Sequence record: KY783914.1
Direction: 5' to 3' (one strand)
From: Mycobacterium phage GardenSalsa
DNA: 32,000 nt
Part shown: piece after piece, positions 1-10,228 of the stretch
How positions within the stretch are numbered: position 1 is the stretch's first letter
How the letters are laid out: each line of letters starts with the position of its first letter
Made by a program: the position numbers and the translations under genes
Notes under the pieces: model-generated
What the model was told of the DNA's origin: nothing
Databases searched by the model: none
What the model saw: only the letters and a program-made list of their open reading frames with translations

Positions 1-2
1 GC

Positions 3-3000
3 CAGCTCGAGCGTGACATCCGAAAGGCCCGTGTCGCTGGCGGTGCTGACGCACTCCTAGCTAAGTGGCAGGCCGACCGCGACCGTGCGGGCGTTGGCCT
101 ACGCCGGGGCGCTACTCCATACGTGGGATCGGCTGGACCGCTCGTTGGTCCAATGCCATACCCACCGATGAGTGCGCGTGAGGCACAGGCACTAGGTCTG
201 CCGTCCTCGAAGGCTGATCGACGCGACATGCGTGATCAGTGGCGTCGTGATTCGCGTCTGTTCTACAACCGTGGTGACGCGGAGAGCCGTCTCAGCGACC
301 GTCGGAATCGACCATGGGCGTCGGTGGTTCCTGACCGCGATCTGCGGAACCAGTCGAGCCGTCTTGGCCCGATGCACGGTCCTGCACTTCCTCCTGGCTT
401 CGCTGGGGTTGGTCCGACCGATCTGAAGTCGCGTCCTGGCCTTGGTCCTATGCAGGGGCCTCAGCTGTCTGCGGGCATGCTCCAGGCGTTGGGCCGTGAG
501 GCTCGCCAGGCTGGACCGCCTATCGCCACTCTCGGGCAGAACGCGATCAAGTCGGGCGCTGGCATCAAGGATGTTGGCACTCAGGCGAGGTTCTCCACAT
601 TCAGCACTGCGGACCTGAACCGTCAGCTCTCCACTGCCAACCAGCGATTCCCTGTGCTCGCTCAGGTGGCCTCGGGTGTTCCGCCTGCCCTGAACAATGC
701 CTCGTTGGCGGCGGGCACTGCGTCGTCCAAGTTGGCTGTCGTCAGCGATGAGACTCGCAAGCTGTCGAACGTCCGCTTCCCATCGCTGCTGCAGGTCACT
801 AGCAACATTCCACCTGCGCTGAATGGCGTTGTGTCGTCGGTTGGTACTGCGTCGTCGCAGATGAAGCTGATGGGCAACGAGGCTGCCACTGCCGCATCGA
901 AGGTCGGTGGCACGAGTGCCGTCGGCTCGATTGGTGCCAGCCTGTGGGGCAGCTTCAAGTCTCTGGGTAGCGCGATGCTGCCTGGTGCTGCGCTCATGGC
1001 CGGATTCGTTCTGGTCAGCGCGGCGGTCAGCAAGCTCGGTGAGGCTCACCGCAACGCGGCGCGTGACGCCAAGGCGCAGGACGATGCGCTGAAGAATCTT
1101 GCGACCACGCTGGATTCGGTCACTGGTGCGTTCACTGCCCAGACTCTTGACGAGTCGCTGCGTACGTTCAAGAAGCCGGTGCCGATCCCTGGTGTCGACC
1201 AGAACTTCGTTCCATTCGATGCGTTCAACCGCCTCGGTTGGGATCCTCGCCAGACTGCGATCACCGCTGGTGCGCCGAACCAGTCGGACAAGTTCAACGA
1301 GCAGCAGCGCGGCTGGGTCGACCAGCTCACCAAGGATCTTGAGGGCACTGACCTCTGGAAGAACAACGCGTCGAACTTCTCGACGTACGGGCTGACTTCC
1401 CGCGATGTCGTGATGGCGGGAATCGGTGATCCTGGTGCTCAGAAGAAGCTGCAGCAGGCTGTCGACAACCCTCAGATGGAGGCTGTCGGGGATGAGTTCG
1501 GTAGCCAGCAGGCCATCACCTTCCCTGACCTCGCCAAGGTCGCTAATGCGTTGCCTAACAAGGATTTGTTCGGTGCTGCCCAGGTTCTGACCCAGAACCA
1601 CCAGCAGAACCTGAACGATGCGCAGAACAACCTGGCGATCTCGCAGACTCGCAGCGGTAGCCGCAAGCTCGGTGACCCTGCGCAGATCCTCGCGCCGTTC
1701 CAGCCTGATCTCCCAAGCCTGACCACAAGCGTTGCAGGCGAGGGTGTCGTCCAGCTGAACAAGGATCCCGGTCCTCAGCTGCGTGAGCAGTGGCGTGACC
1801 AGTTCGGCATTGAGGTCTCGGAGCTACCGAACCCAACCGGGCAGTGGACTGTGACGATCCCTGCTGGGATCACTGATCAGTGGCTGCCTGCGTTCGCCGA
1901 CGGTGGTCTTGTCCGTGGTCCTGGTGGTCCTCGTGACGATGCCATCTTGGCGAAGGTCTCGAACTTCGAGCACATCACGAACGCGGATGCGGTTCGTTAC
2001 TACGGCACCAAGCTGTTTGACGATCTGAACGCGAAGCGTCTGCCTCGCTTCTGGGGTGGTGGGTTCCCATTGGATCCACCTCCGATTGTCCCGGCGATCC
2101 CGGCACCGGCTCCTGCTCCGTCCAACATCGGCGGCATCCCTGTGCCGTCCACTGTGGCCGCTGCTTCGGCTCCTGCGCCCGCGATTGCGCCGCCTGCGGT
2201 CAATGCCTCGCCTGAGCGTTTCAGCACGCCTGTGTCGCGTACAGCGCCACTACCGCCTACTCCTGCGCCGACGGACACCTACACTCCGCCGACTGCGAGC
2301 TACACGCCGCCAACTGGGTTGGATCTCAGCGGAAGTGGGGCTCTGCCCGACACGGAGTCGTCGGCTCGTTCGAAGGCTCCTGGCGCGGTCATTCCGAACG
2401 CCAACATCCTCGGTTACCTCCAGCAGGTAGCTGGATCTCAGGGTCTGACCATCGGCTCGGGTGCCGACACCAACCATGGTGGAACGCACAACCCTGACGG
2501 TGGCCAGCACTCGATGAACCGTGCGTTGGACATCGGAAACTCGGATCAGGCTAAGAGCGGCCAGATCTCGGCGTTCGTCAAGCAGTGGATGGCCGATCCT
2601 GCGAAGGTTGCGGCTACTCGCCAGCTGATCTTCAACGGTCCTGACGGGCCGTACGGAATCATCAACGGTCGCATCCTGTCGGGTGACGAGCTGCAGGCTG
2701 TCTACGGCGGCGATCTGCCTGCCCATGGCAACCATGCTCACCTCGCACTCGAGGGTGTGCCCGCATCGGTGCAGAACGGACTACAGGGTCTCGTTTCCGG
2801 CAAGAACGGCGAGCTGCTCAACGGTGAGCGTCTTTCGCCGATGGAGCTGGTGAAGAAGAAGTGGGACAACCTCTTCAGCCGTGAGCGCTGGGAGGCTCGC
2901 TACGCGAAGGCGTACGACCCGGCGAATGTCTTCAAGTTCCTTGGGGGACAGGCCAGTGCTGCTGGCAGTGCCCTGCTTGGCATTGGTTCGCAGTTCCTGT

Positions 3001-4385
3001 CGGGCATCACCGGCATCAACTTCGGCTCGGTTCTTGGACCTCTGCAGGAGGTTGGGAACTGGGCGCTCGATGACGACGACGACAGCGAGGGTGGCGACGG
3101 CTCGGATGTAGCCGGTGCCGCGCTGGACCAGTACGCCGCAGGAATCGGTGGCATTGATGATCCGCTGAACTCCGCGCTGAATGGGTTCAACCCAACCGGT
3201 GGTGGATCGTCGGAGACGCGCAAGTCGGTCTACAAGGCCTTCCTCGAGGCTGGGTTCCCCGGCACTGAGTGGGGTGCGCTGGACAAGCTCCTGGCTGGCG
3301 AGAGCAGCTGGGATCCGACCATCTCGAACAAGGACTCGGGTGCGTTCGGTCTGTTCCAGTTCCTGGGGCACGAGAACGACCAGTACGGCGCTCTAGGTGG
3401 CTACAGCCGCGATCCGTACCAGCAGGCCGTCGCTGGCATGCAGTACATCAAGGACCGCTACGGCACTCCGACGAAGGCCTACAACGAGTGGCTTTCGCGT
3501 TCGCCGCACTGGTACGCCAACGGCGGAATGACCGCTGGTGGCAACGCATGGCTGTCGAACGGTGAGTTCCGCACTGGCGCTGGAGCGACGAAGTTCTACG
3601 GCGCTGGACTGTTCAATGCGTTGAACGCCAAGGCGATTCCGAAGTCCGCGATGCAGCGATTCGCTGATGGTGGTTGGCCGCTACTGCAGCCTCAGCCAGC
3701 AGCTGGCCAGGCTCCTGGCCCATTGGATCTTGGGGCACCGGCACCAGCACCTGCTGGACCGGCTCCTGCCCCTGCAGCTGGAGGCGCACCAGGACCGGGG
3801 GCGACTGCTCCCGCTCCCGACCCTGGTGCCCTCCCCGCAGTCCAGGACGCCATGTCCTCGCTCGGGGGACTGGGTGGTGGCATCGGCGGGGCTGGCGGAA
3901 GTGTTGGCCAGCCTGGTGCTTCGCCTACTGACGTGGGTGACCCGCGTTCGGTATTCGGCGCTTCGCCTACATCGAACGAGCACAACAACCCGGCACTGAG
4001 TGGAGCGATCCAGGGTGCTGCGGGTGCCATCGGTGGTCTGGCTGGAATGGCCGCGTCGATGGGACTCACCACAGTTGGTGGGCCTGCCGCAGGCGGGGCT
4101 GGTGGAGCTGGCATCCAGGCCGGTGCGCAGATCGCAGGATCGGCCATCACTGGTGGCCTGAACATCTTGTCGTCGCTTCTGGTGGGAACTGCCACTGGTG
4201 GTTCGACGGCGAGTGCCTCTGGCGTACCGCTTCTGCCAGAGCGTCAGCAGCAGCAGACCGGCGTGCCGCAGATCAATGCGGTCGACAACCGCCAGTACCA
4301 CGTCACCAACCTTGACGAGTTCAAGCGCGTCCAGCAGACCTCGGACGCTCAGGCAGCCATGCCATTCATCGGGAAGTACGGCTAA
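3..4385 (+). CDS. Tape measure protein, 5'-truncated by the window, with M15-like metallopeptidase and SLT-like transglycosylase domains
   Basis: Frame is open from base 3 (QLERDIRKARVAGGADALLAKW...) through the listed 123 start to TAA at 4383-4385. Very long ORF upstream of minor tail genes; Pro-rich linkers, GQHSMNRALDI...HGNHAHLAL and AGESSWDP...SGAFGLFQF motifs. Confidence 0.9.
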   Translation, partial: QLERDIRKARVAGGADALLAKWQADRDRAGVGLRRGATPYVGSAGPLVGPMPYPPMSAREAQALGLPSSKADRRDMRDQWRRDSRLFYNRGDAESRLSDRRNRPWASVVPDRDLRNQSSRLGPMHGPALPPGFAGVGPTDLKSRPGLGPMQGPQLSAGMLQALGREARQAGPPIATLGQNAIKSGAGIKDVGTQARFSTFSTADLNRQLSTANQRFPVLAQVASGVPPALNNASLAAGTASSKLAVVSDETRKLSNVRFPSLLQVTSNIPPALNGVVSSVGTASSQMKLMGNEAATAASKVGGTSAVGSIGASLWGSFKSLGSAMLPGAALMAGFVLVSAAVSKLGEAHRNAARDAKAQDDALKNLATTLDSVTGAFTAQTLDESLRTFKKPVPIPGVDQNFVPFDAFNRLGWDPRQTAITAGAPNQSDKFNEQQRGWVDQLTKDLEGTDLWKNNASNFSTYGLTSRDVVMAGIGDPGAQKKLQQAVDNPQMEAVGDEFGSQQAITFPDLAKVANALPNKDLFGAAQVLTQNHQQNLNDAQNNLAISQTRSGSRKLGDPAQILAPFQPDLPSLTTSVAGEGVVQLNKDPGPQLREQWRDQFGIEVSELPNPTGQWTVTIPAGITDQWLPAFADGGLVRGPGGPRDDAILAKVSNFEHITNADAVRYYGTKLFDDLNAKRLPRFWGGGFPLDPPPIVPAIPAPAPAPSNIGGIPVPSTVAAASAPAPAIAPPAVNASPERFSTPVSRTAPLPPTPAPTDTYTPPTASYTPPTGLDLSGSGALPDTESSARSKAPGAVIPNANILGYLQQVAGSQGLTIGSGADTNHGGTHNPDGGQHSMNRALDIGNSDQAKSGQISAFVKQWMADPAKVAATRQLIFNGPDGPYGIINGRILSGDELQAVYGGDLPAHGNHAHLALEGVPASVQNGLQGLVSGKNGELLNGERLSPMELVKKKWDNLFSRERWEARYAKAYDPANVFKFLGGQASAAGSALLGIGSQFLSGITGINFGSVLGPLQEVGNWALDDDDDSEGGDGSDVAGAALDQYAAGIGGIDDPLNSALNGFNPTGGGSSETRKSVYKAFLEAGFPGTEWGALDKLLAGESSWDPTISNKDSGAFGLFQFLGHENDQYGALGGYSRDPYQQAVAGMQYIKDRYGTPTKAYNEWLSRSPHWYANGGMTAGGNAWLSNGEFRTGAGATKFYGAGLFNALNAKAIPKSAMQRFADGGWPLLQPQPAAGQAPGPLDLGAPAPAPAGPAPAPAAGGAPGPGATAPAPDPGALPAVQDAMSSLGGLGGGIGGAGGSVGQPGASPTDVGDPRSVFGASPTSNEHNNPALSGAIQGAAGAIGGLAGMAASMGLTTVGGPAAGGAGGAGIQAGAQIAGSAITGGLNILSSLLVGTATGGSTASASGVPLLPERQQQQTGVPQINAVDNRQYHVTNLDEFKRVQQTSDAQAAMPFIGKYG

Positions 4386-5296
4386 TGGACACAATGGATT
4401 ACACCGCGAAGATCGAGGTCTTCGGCGTACACGGTGAGTACTTCTGTGTGTCCGGTCCCGGCAAGGGTGAGCAGGGCGTCGAGTTGATGCCGAAGCTCAA
4501 GGGAATGATCGACGCACCTGTGAAGTCGCTCTGGCTTCCAGGTGCGTACGGTCAGACCTTTGTCGACTTCCGTTGGGAGCGACGAGATGTGGTGTTCACC
4601 GTCAACATCTTCGCCGACGACGGTCACCCCGAGACGTGGCGAACTATCGACTCCCGCTGGCGTTTCGCGTTCGACTATGTCAAGGAAGCTCGAATCCGCT
4701 TCACCACCTCGGACGGCTGGCGTGAGCTGAAGGTCCGCCTCCTGGAGGAGCCGCAGGCCTACGACTCGGGGGAGTGGGAGGGCAAGGATCCCGCCCTGTA
4801 CGCGTGCAGCACTGTCGTGATGACGCTGGCTGCTGAGCTGCCGTTCTTCGTGGGGCCGTCGGACTTCTACGAGTTCAGTGGCGAGTCGGCCAGTTCGCGA
4901 AAGACCTTCAAGCTCAACGTCGACTGCGACGTACCGGTGTGGCCGAAGTGGACTCTCACCGACAAGGCGCGGTGGCGTCTGCCCGACTTCTCCTGGGGTA
5001 ACCAGGAATACGGGCGCGGCATTGAGGACTCGGGACGCACTGTCGTCCTGCCGTACTTGCCGAAGGGTGCTGGCTGCGTAGCCAATTCGGATCCACGCGT
5101 CCAGACGCTGTTGGCCAAGAACAAGATGCACCTTCAGGGCCTATGGAAGGGCCAGGACTTGCTGTACCCAATCGCAGGTGGCACCTACAGCCGAATCCCC
5201 GTCGCTGTCAACGACGCTACGGGTGGTTTCGCTGCGCGCCTTGAGGTTCCGAAGTGGTACACGCGTCCGTGGAGCCGACCAGTGGGGGCGATCTGA
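4385..5296 (+). CDS. Minor tail protein (distal-tail-like position)
   Basis: ATG overlaps the tape measure stop (TAATG); 303 aa; position directly after the tape measure gene. Confidence 0.8.
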   Translation: MDTMDYTAKIEVFGVHGEYFCVSGPGKGEQGVELMPKLKGMIDAPVKSLWLPGAYGQTFVDFRWERRDVVFTVNIFADDGHPETWRTIDSRWRFAFDYVKEARIRFTTSDGWRELKVRLLEEPQAYDSGEWEGKDPALYACSTVVMTLAAELPFFVGPSDFYEFSGESASSRKTFKLNVDCDVPVWPKWTLTDKARWRLPDFSWGNQEYGRGIEDSGRTVVLPYLPKGAGCVANSDPRVQTLLAKNKMHLQGLWKGQDLLYPIAGGTYSRIPVAVNDATGGFAARLEVPKWYTRPWSRPVGAI

Positions 5297-7035
5297 TGAC
5301 CGCTCCTGTACTGGACCGCATCGCGGAACTGGATTCCATCAGCACTGAGGTTGAGTCGTACCGCGACCAGCTGATGTGGATGCGGCTTGCCAAGCCGATG
5401 ATCACGTTCTACCGCAACCCTGACGACGGCTCGGAGGGGCTGGAGTACTACGGGCGTGTCGCCTACCAGGACACGATCAAGGCGTCGTTCCCGTTCAAGA
5501 AGAACGTCAGCGCCCAGGGTGTCCTCGAGCTGCGTTTCGACCACTACATCTCGGAGTGGTTGCGCGATGTGCCCGAAGACCCGATGGCGAAGAAGAACAT
5601 CGTCATCCGCGTCGACTTCTTCGGCGGGAAGCTGCGCTGGACCGGCCTGCTGCATCACCACGCGAAGAAGATGCGTGACGGCATGGCGTACATGGAGTTC
5701 ACGTTCAACGATGACCTCCAGTTCCTCCAGTTCCTGCTCGGACCCCCGAACCCCGCACTGCCGATCCCGGTCTTCCAGTGGCCACGTGTGCTGCCAATTT
5801 TGGGGCCTGCGAAGTGGGCCTGCTCAATCATGGTGCTACTGAACCTAATTCGTGTTCAGGGACACTTGTGGACGCTGCCTGACGACCCGTTCGATCTGAG
5901 CCAGTGGCTATCCATTCTCCCAACCGAATGGGAAAACTGGCAGGTTCACATCAAGTGCAATCCACTTGCGCTGGATGACAGTTCGCTGTGGACGGTGCTC
6001 GGCACCCGAATGAACCCAATCGACGCGGTGCTGGCAGATGCGCTCGAGGATGCGCAGTTGACCATCCGCTGGCGTCGAATCTTCTCCGACGAGGGTGAGT
6101 CGGAGACTGGTCTGCTGTTCGTTGAGACTGTCGCGAACGGTGCCCTTGTATTCGAGATCGTTGACGACAGTGGGTACTTCAATCCACTGCTGGGCGGCAC
6201 CTTCCTGGGTGGAACCATCATGGACGGCATGGTCCGCTCGGTGGCCGTGTACGTCGGCGGATTCATCGAGGACACCGCGTCCGTACTGACTGACGACGAG
6301 ACCTACCATCCTGATGAGTACTACGGGAGCGGGTGGCTTGCCACCTTGGCGCAAATGCCGTGGTTGGTCATCAGGGACAGCAGCTGGTCTCCGATTGAAA
6401 CGTCGGAACTGACGTGGAGCCCAGCCACTGCCGTGAGCGTCATCGTTGGTGGCGATAACCCTGCTGCGGATGCCATTGCTCGGCTAATCATCGAGACCAC
6501 GGGAAATATCCTCGGTTACTTCCTGATGGGGGGCTTCTCGTCAGCGGGAACCATTGCGGCAGACGTGATTATGCCATTTTTGCAGGGCACGATTGCGGCT
6601 TGGCTGGAGTGGAAGAACACCGGTCGAGCAAAGAACCTCGGTTGGGTTCACCTGTGGGAGCTGTACCAGCAGGGCGCTGAGAACAACAGCTGGTCGCTGT
6701 CGGCTCTCGCTGCGCTGCGTGGTGGTTTCCTGGCGTCGAAGTCGGAGACGAGCCACACCCTGTCGCTTCGCGGCAACTCGTGGATCATCCCCGGCGCTCA
6801 CTTCACCATCGGTTCGCGTATCGGCTCGACTGCCCGTGGTTACCGCAACAAGATCTTCGTCGCACAGTGCGAGGAGATCATCTGCGCCTGGGATCACGGT
6901 GCGAGCACGCCACTTTCGGTTCAAGTGAAGATCGGGCAGAACAAGGCTGCCATGTCGGTGGGCGAGCGTCTTGCACGGCTAACCAAGAAGATCAGGGACA
7001 TCTTGAACAACATCGGTGTTCACCTGGTCAGCTAA
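5296..7035 (+). CDS. Minor tail protein, ReqiPepy6 Gp37-like
   Basis: ATGA overlap start at 5296 preferred over the listed 5254 start, which lies inside the upstream gene; 579 aa; synteny. Confidence 0.75.
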   Translation: MTAPVLDRIAELDSISTEVESYRDQLMWMRLAKPMITFYRNPDDGSEGLEYYGRVAYQDTIKASFPFKKNVSAQGVLELRFDHYISEWLRDVPEDPMAKKNIVIRVDFFGGKLRWTGLLHHHAKKMRDGMAYMEFTFNDDLQFLQFLLGPPNPALPIPVFQWPRVLPILGPAKWACSIMVLLNLIRVQGHLWTLPDDPFDLSQWLSILPTEWENWQVHIKCNPLALDDSSLWTVLGTRMNPIDAVLADALEDAQLTIRWRRIFSDEGESETGLLFVETVANGALVFEIVDDSGYFNPLLGGTFLGGTIMDGMVRSVAVYVGGFIEDTASVLTDDETYHPDEYYGSGWLATLAQMPWLVIRDSSWSPIETSELTWSPATAVSVIVGGDNPAADAIARLIIETTGNILGYFLMGGFSSAGTIAADVIMPFLQGTIAAWLEWKNTGRAKNLGWVHLWELYQQGAENNSWSLSALAALRGGFLASKSETSHTLSLRGNSWIIPGAHFTIGSRIGSTARGYRNKIFVAQCEEIICAWDHGASTPLSVQVKIGQNKAAMSVGERLARLTKKIRDILNNIGVHLVS

Positions 7036-7087
7036 CTAGTTGCTCTAACTTCCATGGGATAATGGGAGGTAGTGGATAGGAGCAGCT

Positions 7088-7543
7088 ATGCCACCTTTGA
7101 ATGTCCACGCCCCAGATCCTGAGTCCCCCAAGGGGATGGCTTTCATTCTGGGCGCGGGAATGGTGGATCCCCGACCGGGAAACAACCCGAATCAGCCGAT
7201 GGCAATCGTCCAATCATGGGAACCCACAAGCGAATTGTGGTACGCCCTCGGACTGCGATACCACCCCGAACTGGCCACCAAGTGGCTGGTCGGCGGTGGG
7301 CAGTTCGAGTGCGCCCAGATTGTTGACGAGAAGCCCGACGAGCCCGAGATGACGCTGGAGCAGGGTGCCGAAGAGGTGCTCGAGTTCATTGCAGCTGAGC
7401 ATCCAGAGCACGCCGAGGTTCTGCGGCAGATCCATGCGGCGGGGACCGAGAAGGAGCGCATCAAGTTGGTGCGCCAGTACGACGCCGAGATCAAACGAAT
7501 GTTGACGCTGATCAAGTACATCAGCACCAAGCCCCAGGAGTAG
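7088..7543 (+). CDS. Hypothetical protein in tail module
   Basis: ATG start with AGGAG upstream; 151 aa; colinear with neighbours. Confidence 0.8.
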   Translation: MPPLNVHAPDPESPKGMAFILGAGMVDPRPGNNPNQPMAIVQSWEPTSELWYALGLRYHPELATKWLVGGGQFECAQIVDEKPDEPEMTLEQGAEEVLEFIAAEHPEHAEVLRQIHAAGTEKERIKLVRQYDAEIKRMLTLIKYISTKPQE

Positions 7544-7546
7544 CCG

Positions 7547-10228
7547 GTGACTTACCCAGTCGAAGCTGGCGATGACGGCTACAACACCGACGGCTGGGAC
7601 GGACCTGTTGTCGGAGCGGGACTTTCGAACCTGTCTGCCCGCACCGAAGACGCCATCAAGGCGATGCTTCAGGATCGGGTCAACAACAACTCCACCCTGA
7701 AGGAGTTCTCGGACAAGGTGTTCGAGGGCATCGACGCCACCCTCGGTGTAGTGCTCGGCCCTCTGGCGGCGCTGGTCCACAAGATGTTCCCGCACATCGA
7801 CCTGTCGGGCATCACCACTACCAGCGGCCTACTGGCTCTGGTGCAGAAGGTTCCTGGCCTCGGTGACCTGGTCGAGCTGATCACGGGCATTGAGGATGGC
7901 GACGAGAATGATCTCGGCACCTACTTCCTGAACATCCGTCGGTTCTTCGAGACCGTCGACTTCACTGATCCCGACTTCGATCCGGCTGCCGCCGCCAAGC
8001 AGTTCACCGAGATCGTGGTGAAGCCGTTCATCGACGCGCTCACCGGCCTGATCGGTGGCGAGTGGCTGCCTGAGATCCCCGTGGGTCACATCGGCCTGGG
8101 TACACCGAACCTGGTTGTCAACGGTGCGTTCAACGCTGAGGTCTCCATGGCCGAGGTGGATGGCTGGGACTGGGACGGCACTGTCGACCACACCGGCACC
8201 GAGGGCTCGGGTTCGGCTGTGTGCGTTGCCGACGGCACCCTCAAGCAGCTCTACACCGAGAAGATCGGTGTCTCTAAGGACCAGAAGCTCGACGCGTCCG
8301 TGTACGTGATGTATGCCGGGGCAACGTCGGGCTCGATCCAGGTGCAGCTGGCCTACTACAACGGCGACACCCCTGGCCCTGTCGTGGTGCTGGGATCGAT
8401 CTCACCGTCTGGCTCTGCCGGGTGGGCGAAGATCGGCGGCACTCACACTGTCCCCGACAATGTCGACAGCGTGGCCGTGGTGCTCGTTGTATCGGCTGCT
8501 GTCACTGCGGGCGTGGTCCATTTCGATGACGCGGATCTTCACAAGACTGGCCTATTGCCGCAGATGCTTGTGGACGGTCTGGTCCAGGCGCTCACTGACC
8601 TACTGAATTGGCTTGAGTCGCTTGTCGACAATGTGTTGGCCGCGCTGGGCATTGACGTGTCTGGTTCACTGGTCGACCGCATTACCCATTTGGCAGACGA
8701 ATTCGGCGACTGGCTTTCCTCGACCGAAAGCACTGCAGCGGATCTGCTGAACCTGGTTGGCAAGCTATTGACCGATCCCGCTTCGGTTATTGGTCCACTG
8801 GCGCAGACCATGATTACCGGTCTGGGAACTGCGCTCAACAATTTGAACACTGCGATCAACCAGATCGGTGACGTGCTCATTGGCAATATCGTCACGCCAA
8901 TCAGCACCGCCATTGGCAATGTCGTGGACTGGTTCAACAGCCTGGTGACTTTCCAGAACACCACTACGTCGAATCAGGTCAACCAGCAGAACTTCCAGAT
9001 CGCTGCGCTGACCCAGGGTTACCGCAACCCGACGTGGGTGTGCCGCTATCCGATTGGTGACGTGACCTACCCCGAGGTCATGAACATGAGCATTCAGGTC
9101 TCGGGTGTCACTGGCGCGCAGTCGGCAGGTACCGCGCACACGCACGCCATCGACACGAACGATGTTGAGGCGAACCCGGCGAGCTGGCGCATCTCACAGA
9201 ACACTGCACGTCTCGCTCGCATCACCGCGTCGAGCACCACTGTGTGGGACACCATCGGCGTCACCCTGAACAAGGACAACGGGGTCGTCAACAACATCTA
9301 CCTCGAGTTGCTCCGCGAGGACGCGACTGGTGCGACGACTGTGGTGTCGTCGGCGGAAGTATCTGCCCAGCTCACCGACTACGACCTGGACATTTACATC
9401 GAGGCGACTCTGCCTGGCGTCATCGCCCAGGAGGGCGAGATGTACTGGGTGCGGGTGCGCAACAGCTCGACCACCACCACTGGGCTGTGGGTGCGTGCGA
9501 TGTCCTGGCGCGAAGGCTTGGCCAACACATGCGGCTACGCGGACAGCACTTTGGCGACGAAGACTTCGTACACCGCAGCCGAGATGACGACGATCACCAC
9601 GAACAGTTCGTCGTTCCCGATGATGTGGGCGCTCGTTGCGACGAAGAACCAGGCGGGCAACGACCAGACGCACACCGACGACTACAACCGTGGAACGCTC
9701 GGCTCGCTGTGGTTCCTGAAGTCGGACACCAGCACCAACCAGATCACCATCTCGAGTAACCGCGCTGCGTTCGCTGGTCTCACCGATGGGTCGCAGAATG
9801 CTCTCTACATTCGCCCGACTGGCGGGGACAGGATCCTCGTTGAGGGAACGCTTTACGAGACCACTGTCGCGGTAACCGGTCCACGTTGTGGGCTGCTCCT
9901 GAATTGCTCGCGTGACTTGAGCCAGGTCGTTTATCTGGGCGTAAACCTGAACACCGCGAAGATTTACACCGGCCCTTACAACTCGCTCACTGAACGGGCG
10001 TCGGTCGCTTCCCTATTGAACGACACGACGTGGCAGCTGTATTACGACCCGGCCACCGGCACGTACTCCGTGCGAAAGAACGGGCAGGACATCGGCCTGA
10101 GTTGGGCTGATACCGGATCGCTGATGAAGCATGGCCCGAACTTCCGATATGGCGGAATTCGGATTAGTCGGTCGACCGCATTCAACGCGGGCCGAATCGA
10201 TAACTGGACTCTGAAGGATTGGTCGTGA
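7547..10228 (+). CDS. Large minor tail protein with central carbohydrate-binding-like region
   Basis: GTG start 3 bp after upstream stop; 893 aa; NLVVNGAFN...VDGWDWDG...LDASVYVMYAG resembles carbohydrate-binding modules; beta-rich C-terminus. Confidence 0.8.
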   Translation: MTYPVEAGDDGYNTDGWDGPVVGAGLSNLSARTEDAIKAMLQDRVNNNSTLKEFSDKVFEGIDATLGVVLGPLAALVHKMFPHIDLSGITTTSGLLALVQKVPGLGDLVELITGIEDGDENDLGTYFLNIRRFFETVDFTDPDFDPAAAAKQFTEIVVKPFIDALTGLIGGEWLPEIPVGHIGLGTPNLVVNGAFNAEVSMAEVDGWDWDGTVDHTGTEGSGSAVCVADGTLKQLYTEKIGVSKDQKLDASVYVMYAGATSGSIQVQLAYYNGDTPGPVVVLGSISPSGSAGWAKIGGTHTVPDNVDSVAVVLVVSAAVTAGVVHFDDADLHKTGLLPQMLVDGLVQALTDLLNWLESLVDNVLAALGIDVSGSLVDRITHLADEFGDWLSSTESTAADLLNLVGKLLTDPASVIGPLAQTMITGLGTALNNLNTAINQIGDVLIGNIVTPISTAIGNVVDWFNSLVTFQNTTTSNQVNQQNFQIAALTQGYRNPTWVCRYPIGDVTYPEVMNMSIQVSGVTGAQSAGTAHTHAIDTNDVEANPASWRISQNTARLARITASSTTVWDTIGVTLNKDNGVVNNIYLELLREDATGATTVVSSAEVSAQLTDYDLDIYIEATLPGVIAQEGEMYWVRVRNSSTTTTGLWVRAMSWREGLANTCGYADSTLATKTSYTAAEMTTITTNSSSFPMMWALVATKNQAGNDQTHTDDYNRGTLGSLWFLKSDTSTNQITISSNRAAFAGLTDGSQNALYIRPTGGDRILVEGTLYETTVAVTGPRCGLLLNCSRDLSQVVYLGVNLNTAKIYTGPYNSLTERASVASLLNDTTWQLYYDPATGTYSVRKNGQDIGLSWADTGSLMKHGPNFRYGGIRISRSTAFNAGRIDNWTLKDWS

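Noticed and set aside
192-1601. 469-aa minus-strand ORF inside the tape measure gene
   Set aside because: Arg-rich shadow ORF from high-GC codon bias; the opposite strand encodes a coherent tape measure protein.
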